From: the human T2T-CHM13v2.0 reference genome, Homo sapiens
Direction: 5' to 3' (one strand)
NCBI RefSeq assembly: GCF_009914755.1
Contig: NC_060934.1
Length of the DNA: 64,000 nt
Shown one piece after another: positions 14,896 through 26,721 of this stretch. Position 1 is the stretch's first letter. Each line of letters starts with the position of its first letter. Made by a program: the position numbers and the translations under genes. The notes beneath the pieces are model-generated. The model was not told the origin of the DNA, searched no databases, and saw only the letters and a program-made list of their open reading frames with translations.

Positions 14896-15443
14896 TCCCA
14901 GAGCTTCATGAGGGCTGCCTACATGACCTGCAGGGGAACTAGAAAGCTGTTGAAATCTTACACTGGGGAATAACATGGTTATTCTGTGTTTTTGAGCCAC
15001 CCCCTGGCTGTCGTGTGGCAGACAGTCAGCCAGCAGTCGATGGCACCGCATCAGAGGATAAATAGGCAGACCCTGGGGCCCCAGCAGCCGCTAGGGTGGT
15101 AGCCAGGGAGGTGGAAAGGGCAGGGCTTCTGTTGAACTGGGAAGCACTAGAGGAAAACTAGAAGCAAATGCTGGCCCTGAGGTTTTAAGCCTGAGATACG
15201 GGCAGATGCCAATGGTATCAGCCAATTTAGAAGCCTCAGAAGGCTTAAAGCAAGGACCAGGACTGAGAAGAGATGAGCCGCTTTAGGCTGTTCTGAAGCA
15301 GAAGAAACCGATGGTGCCCATGAACTTGAATACAGGGTGCAGGCTAAGAAGAGATTGGAGGACAGATGCTCACATGCTTAGCTAGCAGATCATGTCTGTG
15401 CCCAGTAGTTTTTACAGTTTTACAAGCCTGTCACTCCCTGTCA

Positions 15444-15544
15444 CTCTGAGAGCCTGACTTCATAAAAGGATGGGTGTGGTGGGAGACAGGCCTCTCCTTC
15501 CCTCTTCCTTCTCTTCCACTCATCAATCTTCCTGGCCTTTTCCA
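15444..15544 (+). repeat. Local duplication C, copy 2
   Basis: Direct copy of 13753-13853, offset 1691. Confidence 0.92.
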
Positions 15545-16516
15545 CACCACACCCAGAAAGCAGGGGTGTAACTGGGTCCACCAGTGCAGCAATTGCAGGT
15601 TCAGCAAGGAGCCTATGGATCTGTGGCCAGCGCAGACCAGACAGGCACACTGTGCCAGGGTGGGGAGAAGTGGAGATGCAATGGTGACCCCAGGCACAGG
15701 CCCCCCTGGGAGGAGGATGTGGGAGGAGAAGGCTGCACAGGTGAGGGTTGAGCCTGGGGTCAGGCTCTACCTCCCTATGAAGTGTGCCCCGCCAGCTACT
15801 GGCTCTTGGCCACCCTGGGAGGGATGAGGTCAGCTTCCCACTCTGACCCAGGACTGGGGAAGCAGAATATGCCTCGGTGCAGAGGTGAGGAGACAGGAGA
15901 AGAGGCCACACCTGTGTGGGCACACCTGCCAGCACTGGGACAAGGTCTAAGTAGGGTGGAGTGGGAGGCTGGGAGGAGTTCAAGCTAAGAAAATGGGGTG
16001 ACCCCAAGGCAGAGGCCTGTTGTCCAAGTGCAGCTGTTCAGAGGCCATTTTCCCTGGTTTGTGGTAGGAAGGGCCTTCATGTGTATGCGGTTCCTGCTCG
16101 CCCTCTAGGCAGCCTGAGGCATTGGAGAATACAGAGCCAGAGCAGGAGGACCAGGCAGTGTTCTGGGCCTGCTCCTTACTAGCTCTGGGGCCAGCCTCAC
16201 ACAAAGTGTGCCATTCACGTCTTCATTCAGTGCAAATATCTTATATGTGCCAGGCCCTGAGAACACTGGGGTGAGCGGCCCCACCAGGTCCCTGCCCTGA
16301 CAGAATGCACACCCCAGTGTAGGGAGGCAGACAATGAACAGGAATGTGAATGAGAACACACAGGTATGTCCCTGTGACTTGTTTAGTCATCTATAAAATG
16401 GGACCAGCAACGTCACCAGCCCTACCCATGCAACAGGACTGTGGGACATCACAGATGGGACCTGCTGGAACTCAGGGGAAACATCATGAACTCACCCACA
16501 GCTGCCTTTGCTCTCC

Positions 16517-17630
16517 TTTTTTTCTTATAATAAAATGTACATAACATAAAATTTACAATTCTAACAATTTTTAAGTGGCATTGGGGACATCTACAATGTT
16601 GTGCAATCACACCATCATCCACCTCCGGAACTGTCTTATCTTCCCCAGCAGAAACTCTGTCCCAATTAAATGGTAACTCTGCATCCTCCCCTGCCACAGG
16701 TCCCTGCAGCCTCTATCTGACTTTCTGTCCCTAAGAATCTGCCTATTCTAGGTAGCTTCATATCAGTGTAAACACATCATACTACATTTGTCCTTTTGTG
16801 TATGACTTATTTCAGTGAGCTTCACCTGGAAGTGGGATTGCTGGATCCCATGGTGATTCCATTTAGTGTTTAACTTATTATTTTTAATTTGTATGGATAC
16901 ATCAGGGTTGTACATATTTATGTGGTACATGTACTATTTTGATATATGCGTACAATGTGTAACGACCAAATTTGGGTAACTGGGATATCCATCACCCCAA
17001 ACATTTGTGTTGGGAATGTTACAGATCTTCTCTGCTCGCTATTTTGAAATACATAATAGACTGTTGTGGGGTGGGGGCAGGGGGGAGGGATAGCATTAGG
17101 AGATATACCTAATGCTAAATGATGAGTTAATGGGTGCTGCACACCAACATGGCACATGTATACATATGTAACAAACCTGCACATTGTGCACATGTACCCT
17201 AAAACTTAAAGTATAATAATAAAAAAAGAAATACATAATAAATTATGGTTCACTAAAGTCACCCTACTGTGCTATGAAACACTAGAACTTATTCCTTCCA
17301 CCTCTCTGTATCATTTTAACCATTGACCGATCCCTCTTCATCTCTCCTCCCTGCTACCTTCCACAGTCTCTGGTGTCTGTCATTCTACTCTTTACCTCCG
17401 TGAGATCAATGTTTTTAGCTCCCAAGTATGAGTGAGAATGTGCAATATTTGTGTTTCTGCATCAGGCTTATTTCACTTATGTGTTTGCCTTTTCAATAAC
17501 TGCCATGCTGTTTTCCACAATGGATGTGCAATTTTCCATTCCCACCAGCAATGCACAGGGCTCCAGTTTCTAAACGTCCTCGCCCACTCTTGCCTTTCCC
17601 ATTCTTCTGGTAGCAGCCATCCTAATGCAT
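16517..17630 (-). mobile_element. Nested old L1 fragments (L1MB/L1MA-like 3' regions)
   Basis: acataacataaaatttacaatt..., tttttagctcccaagtatgagtgagaat... and ttccattcccaccagcaatg are reverse-strand L1 blocks. Confidence 0.75.
17059..17227 (+). mobile_element. Young 5'-truncated L1PA 3' end
   Basis: ggatagcattaggagatatacctaatg...tgtaccctaaaacttaaagtataataat plus A tail; TSD gaaatacataata at 17046-17058 and 17228-17240. Confidence 0.93.
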
Positions 17631-18769
17631 GTGGACTGGCCTTTTGCTCTATTCTATGCGTATTGTCAGATTGCATCCCACACGCATCCATCTCACGCCT
17701 ATGTTGGTCTAAAGCGTTCATTTGTGGTGTGCTATTTCTGGACTATGCACTGTTTCTGTACTGTACACCAGCCTGTGTACCCTATACTTTAAGGGCAATG
17801 TAAGGCATTGCCAAAGTTAATCTCAACAAATTTGTAACTGTCTCTATGTTTCTTTCCTTAGAAACAGAGGTGACAGGAGCTACTAGCCTGTCTAGAAAGC
17901 TTGGTAATATGTCACTCTCAGACTAGGGATTCTGAGGGTCAGTCCCAGTGCTATCATACTGCCAATCTCTCTTGCCCCAATCTGCCTCTCCTGTGCACCC
18001 CAGAAGAGGAAGCACAAACCAGTGCCAGGGAGGACAGCAAGGCTCAGGGCAATGCACCCAAGCTTTGCTCTCATATTTATGGACCATTGTTCATTTTCAA
18101 AATAATTGGCATCAACATGAATGGGTAAAGAACAAGAGAAAATAACCCAGGGCCCTGTAATCTGTCCCTGGCCAGACTCGCCTGGTCCACATCCAATCCT
18201 CCACATACATTAACCTCAAATAATAAATAACCTAAGCCCTAGAGCAGGACACACTCACAGTATAATTCATATCTCAAAATCCAAGCAAGTGCCAAACAGC
18301 GGCCAACACTATGAATATAAATTCCAGCTTGTTCATATGCTGACATTCTAAAGTCTGACAAGAGTGAGCAAGAAGGTGTTTTTCCTAGCTAATGAGTTGA
18401 ACTCCTTCAGATCTAGAATTTTTATAGAGGTGCGCTCTTGGGAACCTTGACAAGAGCTAAGAGCTTGGGAGAGGATGCCCATGTCCTTGCTAACGGATCA
18501 TTTCCCTTGCTCAGCAAGTTTTCACCTCATTTTACAATCTCAGGGTGTCTGAGGTGGAAGGATGTTTGTGATGCTCATTGAACAGATGAGATCATCAAGG
18601 CCCAGAGGGTTGATCCGAGGTGAGCAGGCCCCACACCTGTCACTCCCAGGCCTGCAAGATATATTAAGGGCAGCACCTGCCATTCCTCAAATGGGAGAGT
18701 TTAATTTGAGGTCACTGACAAATCTGTTCAAAGAAACTGACATTTGAGTCCAAGCTGACTTACTTGGCA

Positions 18770-18812
18770 AAAAAAAATATATATATATATATATATATGT
18801 ATATGCACATAT
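18770..18812. repeat. A-run plus (AT)n microsatellite
   Basis: aaaaaaaatatatatatatatatatatgtatatg. Confidence 0.9.
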
Positions 18813-19629
18813 ACATTTTTGTGTGTGTGCCAGTGTGGGGGCTGAGACATGACACCCCTTCCATAGAAATATGAAATATATCATTGTGCCGCGGAGGACC
18901 CAGAAGGAGGGGAGTCAGGAGGGACTGGAAACTGGGAGGCATGAGAAATGGCCCTGGAAGATGGCACCACGGCCAGCTCCCAGGAGCACACAGCCTCCTG
19001 CCTCAAGCATGGGCACCCCAAGCTCCTAGGACAAGAGAGAGGGAATGACCCCCAGGGAGGGCACACAGCCACCCTGAGCTGCTGCTCCACCTCTGATCCA
19101 TGAGTCAAGTGTTCCTGTCACTCCAGGTCCCTCTCAGTGCCCTGGGCACCTAGACTAAAAGAGGCCCTGAGAGGATGAAGAGCTGAGTCCCATGGGCTCA
19201 GGTAGCGCCGGGGCTGTCACTTCGTGCAGACTGTGCCTCATGAGGAGCAGGGTCAGAGGGGCAAAAGTCCCCCACATCTGATGGGCTTGGGCTGGGATGC
19301 AGCAAGATCCCCCCCAGGCCCCCACTCTCCCTTTGACAGGACAAGTGGGAGAGCAGCTGGCATGGGGGAAATAAATATTTTGAGCACAGGTGCCAGCTGC
19401 TTAGGCAAGGACAGAACTTGGGACACCTTCCTGAAGGAGGCAGGGTTGGGCACAGCCCCTCAAGCTGGTGGTGAGGAGTCCCTGGCCCGAGTGCATTCCT
19501 TGCCCTAGAGAGAGATTATCCTGCCTGTTCTGCAGCAGCAAGAGAGGGCAGGCCCCAGGCAACAGGAAGGCCAGAGCAAGCCTAGTGTGGACAGGGCAGC
19601 AGTGAGGTAGAAACAGCCCCACCCCACCA

Positions 19630-20060
19630 CTTCACAGTGACCACAGGCCCAGCACCTGCACATTCCATCTTCATTTAGCAGTGACCGCGGGCCCAGCGCT
19701 GTGCCCAGCACCCACATATTCCATCTTCATTCAGCAGTGACCATGGGCCCAGCACCATGCCCAGCACCCACATTCCATCTTCATTTAATAGTGACCATGG
19801 GCCCAGTGCCGTGCCCAACACCCACACATTCCATCTTCATTTAATAGAGACCGCGGGTCCAGCACCGTGCCCAGCACCAGTATATTCCATCTTCATTTAG
19901 CAGTGACCACGGGCCTAGCGCCATGCCCAGCACCCACACATTCCATCTTCATTTAGCAGTGATCACGGGCCCAGTGCTGTGCCCAGCACCCACATATTCC
20001 ATCTTCATTTAGCAGTGACTGCGGACCCAGTACCCGCACATTCCGACTTCCTTTAGCAGA
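19630..20060. repeat. 56-bp minisatellite (VNTR candidate), ~7.5 units
   Basis: The unit start attccatcttcatt(t/c)a recurs at 19662, 19718, 19772, 19828, 19884, 19940 and 19996, with a degenerate copy at 20040. Confidence 0.95.
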
Positions 20061-20439
20061 TACTGGCAGGTGCCACTCCTGCTTTGCCTGCAGAGATGGT
20101 CCTTTGCTTTCCGGGCTCTAGGGACTACAGAGAGAACAAGAATGGTATGATGCTGCCTCATCTAGAAAGGGAACCCACTGTGTGTTCTGACATAGCAGTC
20201 CCCTCCCAAGGGAGCTGTGGCTGTCATTCATGTTTCAGGAACAATACCTCAAGTCAAACGGTGCCCAGGAGAAGGATGCACCTGCTGCATAGGCTTTAGT
20301 TTGCTGAAAGAAGCCAAGGCTGAGAGGGAATTAGCAACACTAGGAAGGAGAGAGGTTGGGGATGGTGGGGTTCCTTTCTGTAAGTAGCAGCAGCTTGGTC
20401 TCCCTCCTTGCAGAGAACTGAGAGAGGATAAAGACTGCT

Positions 20440-20880
20440 CTGTCAGGGTAATAAGCCTTCTAAAGCTAATGACTTAAATGCAGCTACTTATTATCTCCCA
20501 GTACTGCAGATTGGCAATTTGAGGCAGACTCAGCTACATGGTTCTTTGTGTGCTTCTGCTGCTGGGTGGGCAGGGGCTGACTGGTCTGGGGGGCGCCTTG
20601 CAGTTGGGCCCACAGTCTCCCTGCTCCTCCAGCCAGCTAGCCAGACTTGCTCCAGAGGCAACGGGGTGGGTTCAGGGAGAGAGAGAATGCAGGGCATGGA
20701 GGTCTTGCAGCCAGATGCAGGTCCAGAGCTGGCCCCTCATCACTCCGCTATTGGCCAGAGCCAGACACAGTCCAGCCCAGATTCAGAGGGGAGAGAAGCT
20801 GCTGCAAAGCCACATTATAAAGAGTGTGGACATGGGAAGGAGAGGAGGACTGTGGCCACTTGTGCACTCTGCTGCCATAG
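20440..20880 (-). mobile_element. Old MaLR LTR (MLT1-like)
   Basis: gacttaaa...tttattatctc...ccattggccagagccag...ctgcaaagccacatt-type MLT1 blocks. Confidence 0.55.
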
Positions 20881-20982
20881 GCCTATGAGGTGACCCAGTC
20901 ACCTGCCTTCAAGAAACCTCTGGATTTGCAAAGAGGATTTCAGAATTTCAGTGTGGAATGAATGCCAGAGAGCCTCTTCTGA

Positions 20983-21312
<330 letters not shown>

Positions 21313-21831
21313 ATGCTTGAACCATTTAGAACTCTTGATACTTGCTCAGCTGGACAGAGTGCATTGTCTTCCACCAGCTCAGTGATTGGAAATTAGAGCA
21401 GTTATCTAATTTGGAGAATGGGACAATTTTTATACTCAAGTGTTTATAAACTAAAATGCATACCCATTAAAAACAGATAACCTGACCTAGGCTAAGAGAA
21501 GCTGAGTGACTTGACCAAGGTCATGCAGCTGGTAAATAGCTGAAACTGACCAGCCCACCCACCCTGCTTTTAACAACCACATGACATGATACTATGGGTG
21601 CCTGTATCTCAGGAAGAGTGGCCCACTGACATTGGAAGCCACAAAGTGAACCTCAGCAGCTGAGAGCTGCAGAGAGGGTATCTTGTGAGAAGTATTGGCT
21701 GCCCATCAGGAAGAGCGGCATCCAGGAGCAGAGCCTTCAGTTTCTGCACTGGGGAGCTGCTGCTGCTACCTCACCAACCTTCCCAACCCGGGACCTGGAA
21801 GGCACATGTGGCCACTGTGTTGTCATACCTG

Positions 21832-22249
21832 TGTTAAAAACAAAAATTAATCGGGAGGCCATTGGGCTCAGGCAGCTGCAGTGCCTCCAACTCCTTCGTT
21901 AGCAATCCACAAGCCGACTCAGCATAAACAGTCATATTCTAGGCCTATCAGAAACTGCTGACTAACCCCTAACTGGCGACTTTCTACTAGTTAAGCTTAA
22001 CCAATCAGAAACCACCAACTACTCTCTAACTGGGGACTTTCCACTGGAATGATCCGAATGAAATTACTATTCACTGTAAACAAGCATGTATTTTCTTTGC
22101 CTTGCTCCCACCTCCACCTTGTAAAAGCCTTCCTCTCGCATGCCTTCCTCAGGGCCCTAACTTCTTTCTATCTGGCACTGCCCAATTCGTGAGTTGCTCA
22201 AGAAAATCTCTTTAATATTTTAATATGTGCCTCAGTTTATCTTTGAACA
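21832..22249 (+). mobile_element. Solo ERV1-type LTR
   Basis: TGTTAAAA...TTTGAACA termini with a perfect 4-bp TSD cctg (21828-21831 and 22250-22253). Confidence 0.8.
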
Positions 22250-22667
22250 CCTGCAAGTGCTGAGGAGTGGTCCCTTCTTGATTCCTTTGTCTGGTTTTTC
22301 TCTGTGGGTTATACAGAACTGCAAGAGCAAAAAGATAAACTAGGAAAATCATTCTGTAAGCTATCAAAATATGTGTCCTAGATCTTTATTTTTAAAAATA
22401 ATCTCTAAAGCCAACCCAGACCTACACGGGCCACCTCTGGGGCAACTCTCAGGTCTCATGTGTGGTGCTCAAGCCTTACTTCTTCCACAGGTTTCCTTGA
22501 GGCTCACAAATAAGAGCCAGTTTGCAAACAACAAAGGATGCAAAGGAAGGCTTACTGAGCACTGTCATGCCTTGGAGTTTAAAAACGACAATACCACCCT
22601 AGAGATGGTGGGGCTGAGCCCAGGGACTGTACACAGCCAGCAAGAGACAGCACCACAGCCCGTGGTG

Positions 22668-23045
22668 CCAGGGTTTCAACCCTGCTGTGCTTCAGTACAA
22701 TCACCTGGGGACTTTTACCACCTGCAATGCTCAGGCCCCCTCCCCAGAGACTCTGGCTTATGGCACGGGGGCAGCCTGCTTTATTATTTTTTTAAATGTT
22801 TCCCAGTTGATATTAATGTGCAGCCAGGACTAAGAGCCACTTTTAGACAAGTAGTATTCAACTCAACATTGCCTGCACATTGTGTACACATTGAAATTAC
22901 CTGGGGAGCCTTAGAAAAGGTACTAAGACTGGGTCCCACCTCACTCATTCTGATGGAATTGGTTTGAGGTGTGACCTGGGCATCAGGACTTTTGAAAGCT
23001 CCCAGGTGATTCCTATGGGCAGTCAAGTGTGAGGCCCAATGTCTT
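22668..23045. mobile_element. Two adjacent MER5-like hAT MITEs
   Basis: aatcacctgggga...ccccagagactctg...aatgtgcagccagg and attacctggggagc...ctcccaggtgattc. Confidence 0.65.
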
Positions 23046-23058
23046 AAGTGACACTTAG

Positions 23059-23393
<335 letters not shown>

Positions 23394-23894
23394 CAATCTG
23401 GAAGTCCCCCCGCCACCTGGGTGCTTGCTAACCCCAAGGAGTTCCATGCACGTCATCCTCCAAGGTCAAGATCTCTGGCCATGGAGACAGCCCCACATGC
23501 AGAGAAGCCCTGCAGCTGGCACCACAAAGCTCAGGCTGCCCAGGTCCTGCATGCAGCTGTCTTGAGGCTCCTCCCCTGCAGTCCTGCCTTCCTCCATCCC
23601 TGTCTGAGCCAGGAGCCAGGCAGGCTTCCCTGGAGACCCTGCCAAAGGCTTTTCACTTCCTGCTGGTCGATTTTCTGGGTCATGTTACCTTTTCAGGGCA
23701 TTAGCAGCCTGGCTTCTGAGGAAATTGAGCTACCCGTCCTCTGGGGGTGGCACAAAGTGACTGGGAGGCACCAGCAGTCTAAAAAGAACTCCTTGGGCCA
23801 AGCACGATGCAGAGGGCCCTACCTGCAGTTTCCCTGATGGGCCCACCAGAACCAAAGCAAGAGAAGCAGGGTGGCTGTTCTGGAGCAAAGAATC

Positions 23895-24065
23895 TCATCA
23901 GAATCTCCTAGAGGGTTTGTGAAACCAAGACTGCTGGGCCCCACCCCAGAGTTTGTGATTCAGTGGGTCTGGATGGGGCCATAATTTGTCTTTCTAACAG
24001 GTTCCTGATTGGGCTGATGCCGTTGGTCCTGGGAGCCTCCTTGTAGAACCGCCGGCCTGGGCTGC
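23895..24065. mobile_element. MER5A-like MITE
   Basis: catcagaatctccta...gctgggccccaccccagagttt...tttctaacaggttcc. Confidence 0.7.
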
Positions 24066-24212
24066 TGCTTTCTACTTTCCCACAGTGTAGCTTTTTCTCT
24101 GACATGAGCATTCTCTGCAAGTCTAACCAAAGCACTCTGACTTCTTGTGCTGAACTTCCCCACCCCAATCTTCAGCAGAGGCAGAGTGTGTGGAGGAAGG
24201 ATGGAGAGCAGA

Positions 24213-24610
24213 TGGGGCAGAATAGTGTCCAGGTCCTAATCCCCGGCACCTGTGAGTGTTGTGTTGCTGTATAAAGGGAATTCAGGCTGCAGACAGAATT
24301 AAGGCTGCTAACCAGCTGACCTGAAGATACAGCAACTGACTAGCCTGGGTCATCCAGGTGGGCCCATTGTAATTACAATGGCACTCCCTTCCCAGTTGGA
24401 AGAAAGAGAGGAGCAAAGAAGTAGAGACTCACAGGTGAGAGGGACTGGGTCACATTTGCTGGTTTGAAGACAGAGAAAAGCTGCAAACAAAGGAATGTGG
24501 GCCCTTCGAGAAGCTGGGAACAGCCCTACCCTGACAGACAGCAAGGAAAACAGGGACCTCTGTCCTACAGGCACAAGGAACTATCTCTACCCACAGCCTG
24601 AATCAGCAAG
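24213..24610 (+). mobile_element. MaLR LTR (MLT1D/E-like), partial
   Basis: gtcctaatccccggcacctgtga...aattaaggctgctaaccagctgacct...cagcaaggaaaacagggacctc. Confidence 0.65.
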
Positions 24611-25429
24611 GAAACAGGAAAAGCAAAAAGGCAGAGGAAAAGTGAGAGCCTGGCTTTTAAAGTTGGGAACATACAGACAGGAGCTGACTCAGTAGGGTCA
24701 GAGCTGGGCGCATCAGCCCACATGGAAGGTCATGGGGGCATGCCCTCTGCCCCAAACTCAGAATCGCTTGCCAGCAGCTCAGAGAGGTAGCCTGGCCTCT
24801 CCCAAAACCCCCAGCAGCAGGGATCTCACCATGCTCCAGGTCGTTCAGGTCATCAGTTCCCGGCTCGCACTGATGGAACTGCTGGAAACTTCTCAGCAGA
24901 GAAAGCTTTGAGTCTGCTGCTGCAAGGCTCATAATCACTAACATGGGCCCATGTTTCCAGCAAGACTCAGACAAGCACTTCAGTGGCTGTGGGTGGCACG
25001 GGCTGGCATGATCCTGGGCTGATTTCATCCTCTTGGGTGCTGAGGCCTCCCATTTGTGACTTGGGGTGATTCCTGAAAACACCTTCTCTGAGAAGCCTCC
25101 CTGAGTCAGCTCAGCCTGCTTATTTCTCCCTTATGGCACTCAATTCATGTAGCCTTTATTGCTGTGAACTGTACAGGGCCTCATTCTTTTCTGCAGTATC
25201 TGTAGTGAGACATCCAGGTATAAGCACTCTGAATATTTCTGTTGGCACACAGATGATTCCAGTATTTAGGTTAAATAAATCATTATTTAGCAACATGCAT
25301 GTTAACTTTTTATGGTAAGGAAATGTTTTTCTGTATATGCATAAAAATACATCTAAAAGGATGTATTTTAGTATATTAAAATCTGGATGGGGAGGTAGTA
25401 TTTTCTTAATGTTTATGCCTGTTTCTTTT

Positions 25430-26250
25430 TTTTAAATACTTTTTTATTTTTTTCAAAGTAATACATGCACTGAGTTTAAAAAGCCAAGAAACAGTGAGTC
25501 TTAAAAAGACAAAGAAAAACAACAGTAACACAAAGCAGTCCCATTTCACCCATTCCACCCCCAGTTCTCCCCAAAGACAAACATTGTCATTAACACTTCT
25601 AGGAAATTCTTCTCATCTTCACTTTCATATTTTTGGTACTATATTCATGTTGCAATTTTTAATTGATTAGCTGTAGGCATTAACTTTTGAATTCCCCATC
25701 ACTAACCCTCTTCCCATCTTCCTAACACATAATCACTTTGAAGACTCCTTTTGTTCAGTTTTGGGAAATTTTCTTGCATTACGCTTTGAAGCTTTCCTCC
25801 CCCCGTTCTGTTTCTGGAACTCTTGTAGGTCAGGAGACTGGCCTTGAGAATAAACCCTATAATTTGTTTTATTCTTTCGCTTCTATTTCCCTTTGTCTTT
25901 TTGTTCTACTTGATTTTAGCTTCTAACCATTCTGTTGCTTTCTTGTTTTATTTTATTTGGGTTTTTTAATTTTTTGCCTGTCTTTAATTTTGAGGTTCTT
26001 GTGGTCTGGTTACTTTTCATGGTATTCTGTCCTTGTTTTATAGATGTAACATCTTCTCATATATCACTCAGTATAGTAACTGTAGGGTATATTATTTTTT
26101 TAAGTTTTCTGTATGTGTCCTACATTGGCTGCACTGCCCTCTCCAGGTCCCCTTTTTCCGTTTGTCCTGGTTTCTGTGCTTCATGTTGGATCCTTTCCTC
26201 AAATACCAGCTGACTTTGGGCTGTCCTCATACCTAAGACAATGCCCTGAA
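25430..26250 (-). mobile_element. Highly diverged L1ME/HAL1-like fragments
   Basis: T-rich stretch with aaagtaatacatgcac and ttttgggaaattttcttg blocks. Confidence 0.45.
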
Positions 26251-26352
26251 AAACTGATTGAAATTATTACATGTGAGTGTTGAAGATTTCAAAGACTTAT
26301 TGGCTTCACCAGGGGGTCATAGAATTTTTGGTCCCACAAATGTTAGTATCCC

Positions 26353-26721
26353 TGTATTAGTCCATTTTCACACTGCTGATGAAGACATACCCAAGACTGG
26401 GCAATTTACAAAAGAAAGAGGTTTACTGGACTTACAGTTCCACATGGCTGAGGAGGCCTCACAATCATGGCAGAAGGCAAGGAGGGGCAAGTCACATCTT
26501 ATGTGCATGGCAGCAGGCAAAGAGAGAGCTTGTGCAGGGAAACTCCCATTTTTAAAACCACCAGATCTCATGAGACTCATTCACTATCATAAGAACAGCG
26601 CAGGAAAGACCCACCCCCATAATTCAATCACCTCCTGCTGGGTTCCTCTCACAACGTATGGGAATTATGGGAGTTACAATTCAAGATGCGATTTGCGTGG
26701 GGACACAGCCAAACCATATCC
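26353..26721 (-). mobile_element. THE1 (THE1C-like) solo LTR
   Basis: tgtattagtccattttcacactgctgat...ggacacagccaaaccatatc. Confidence 0.9.

Noticed and set aside
19630-20060. CRISPR-like appearance of regularly spaced repeats
   Set aside because: The whole unit repeats with no unique spacers; it is a eukaryotic minisatellite.
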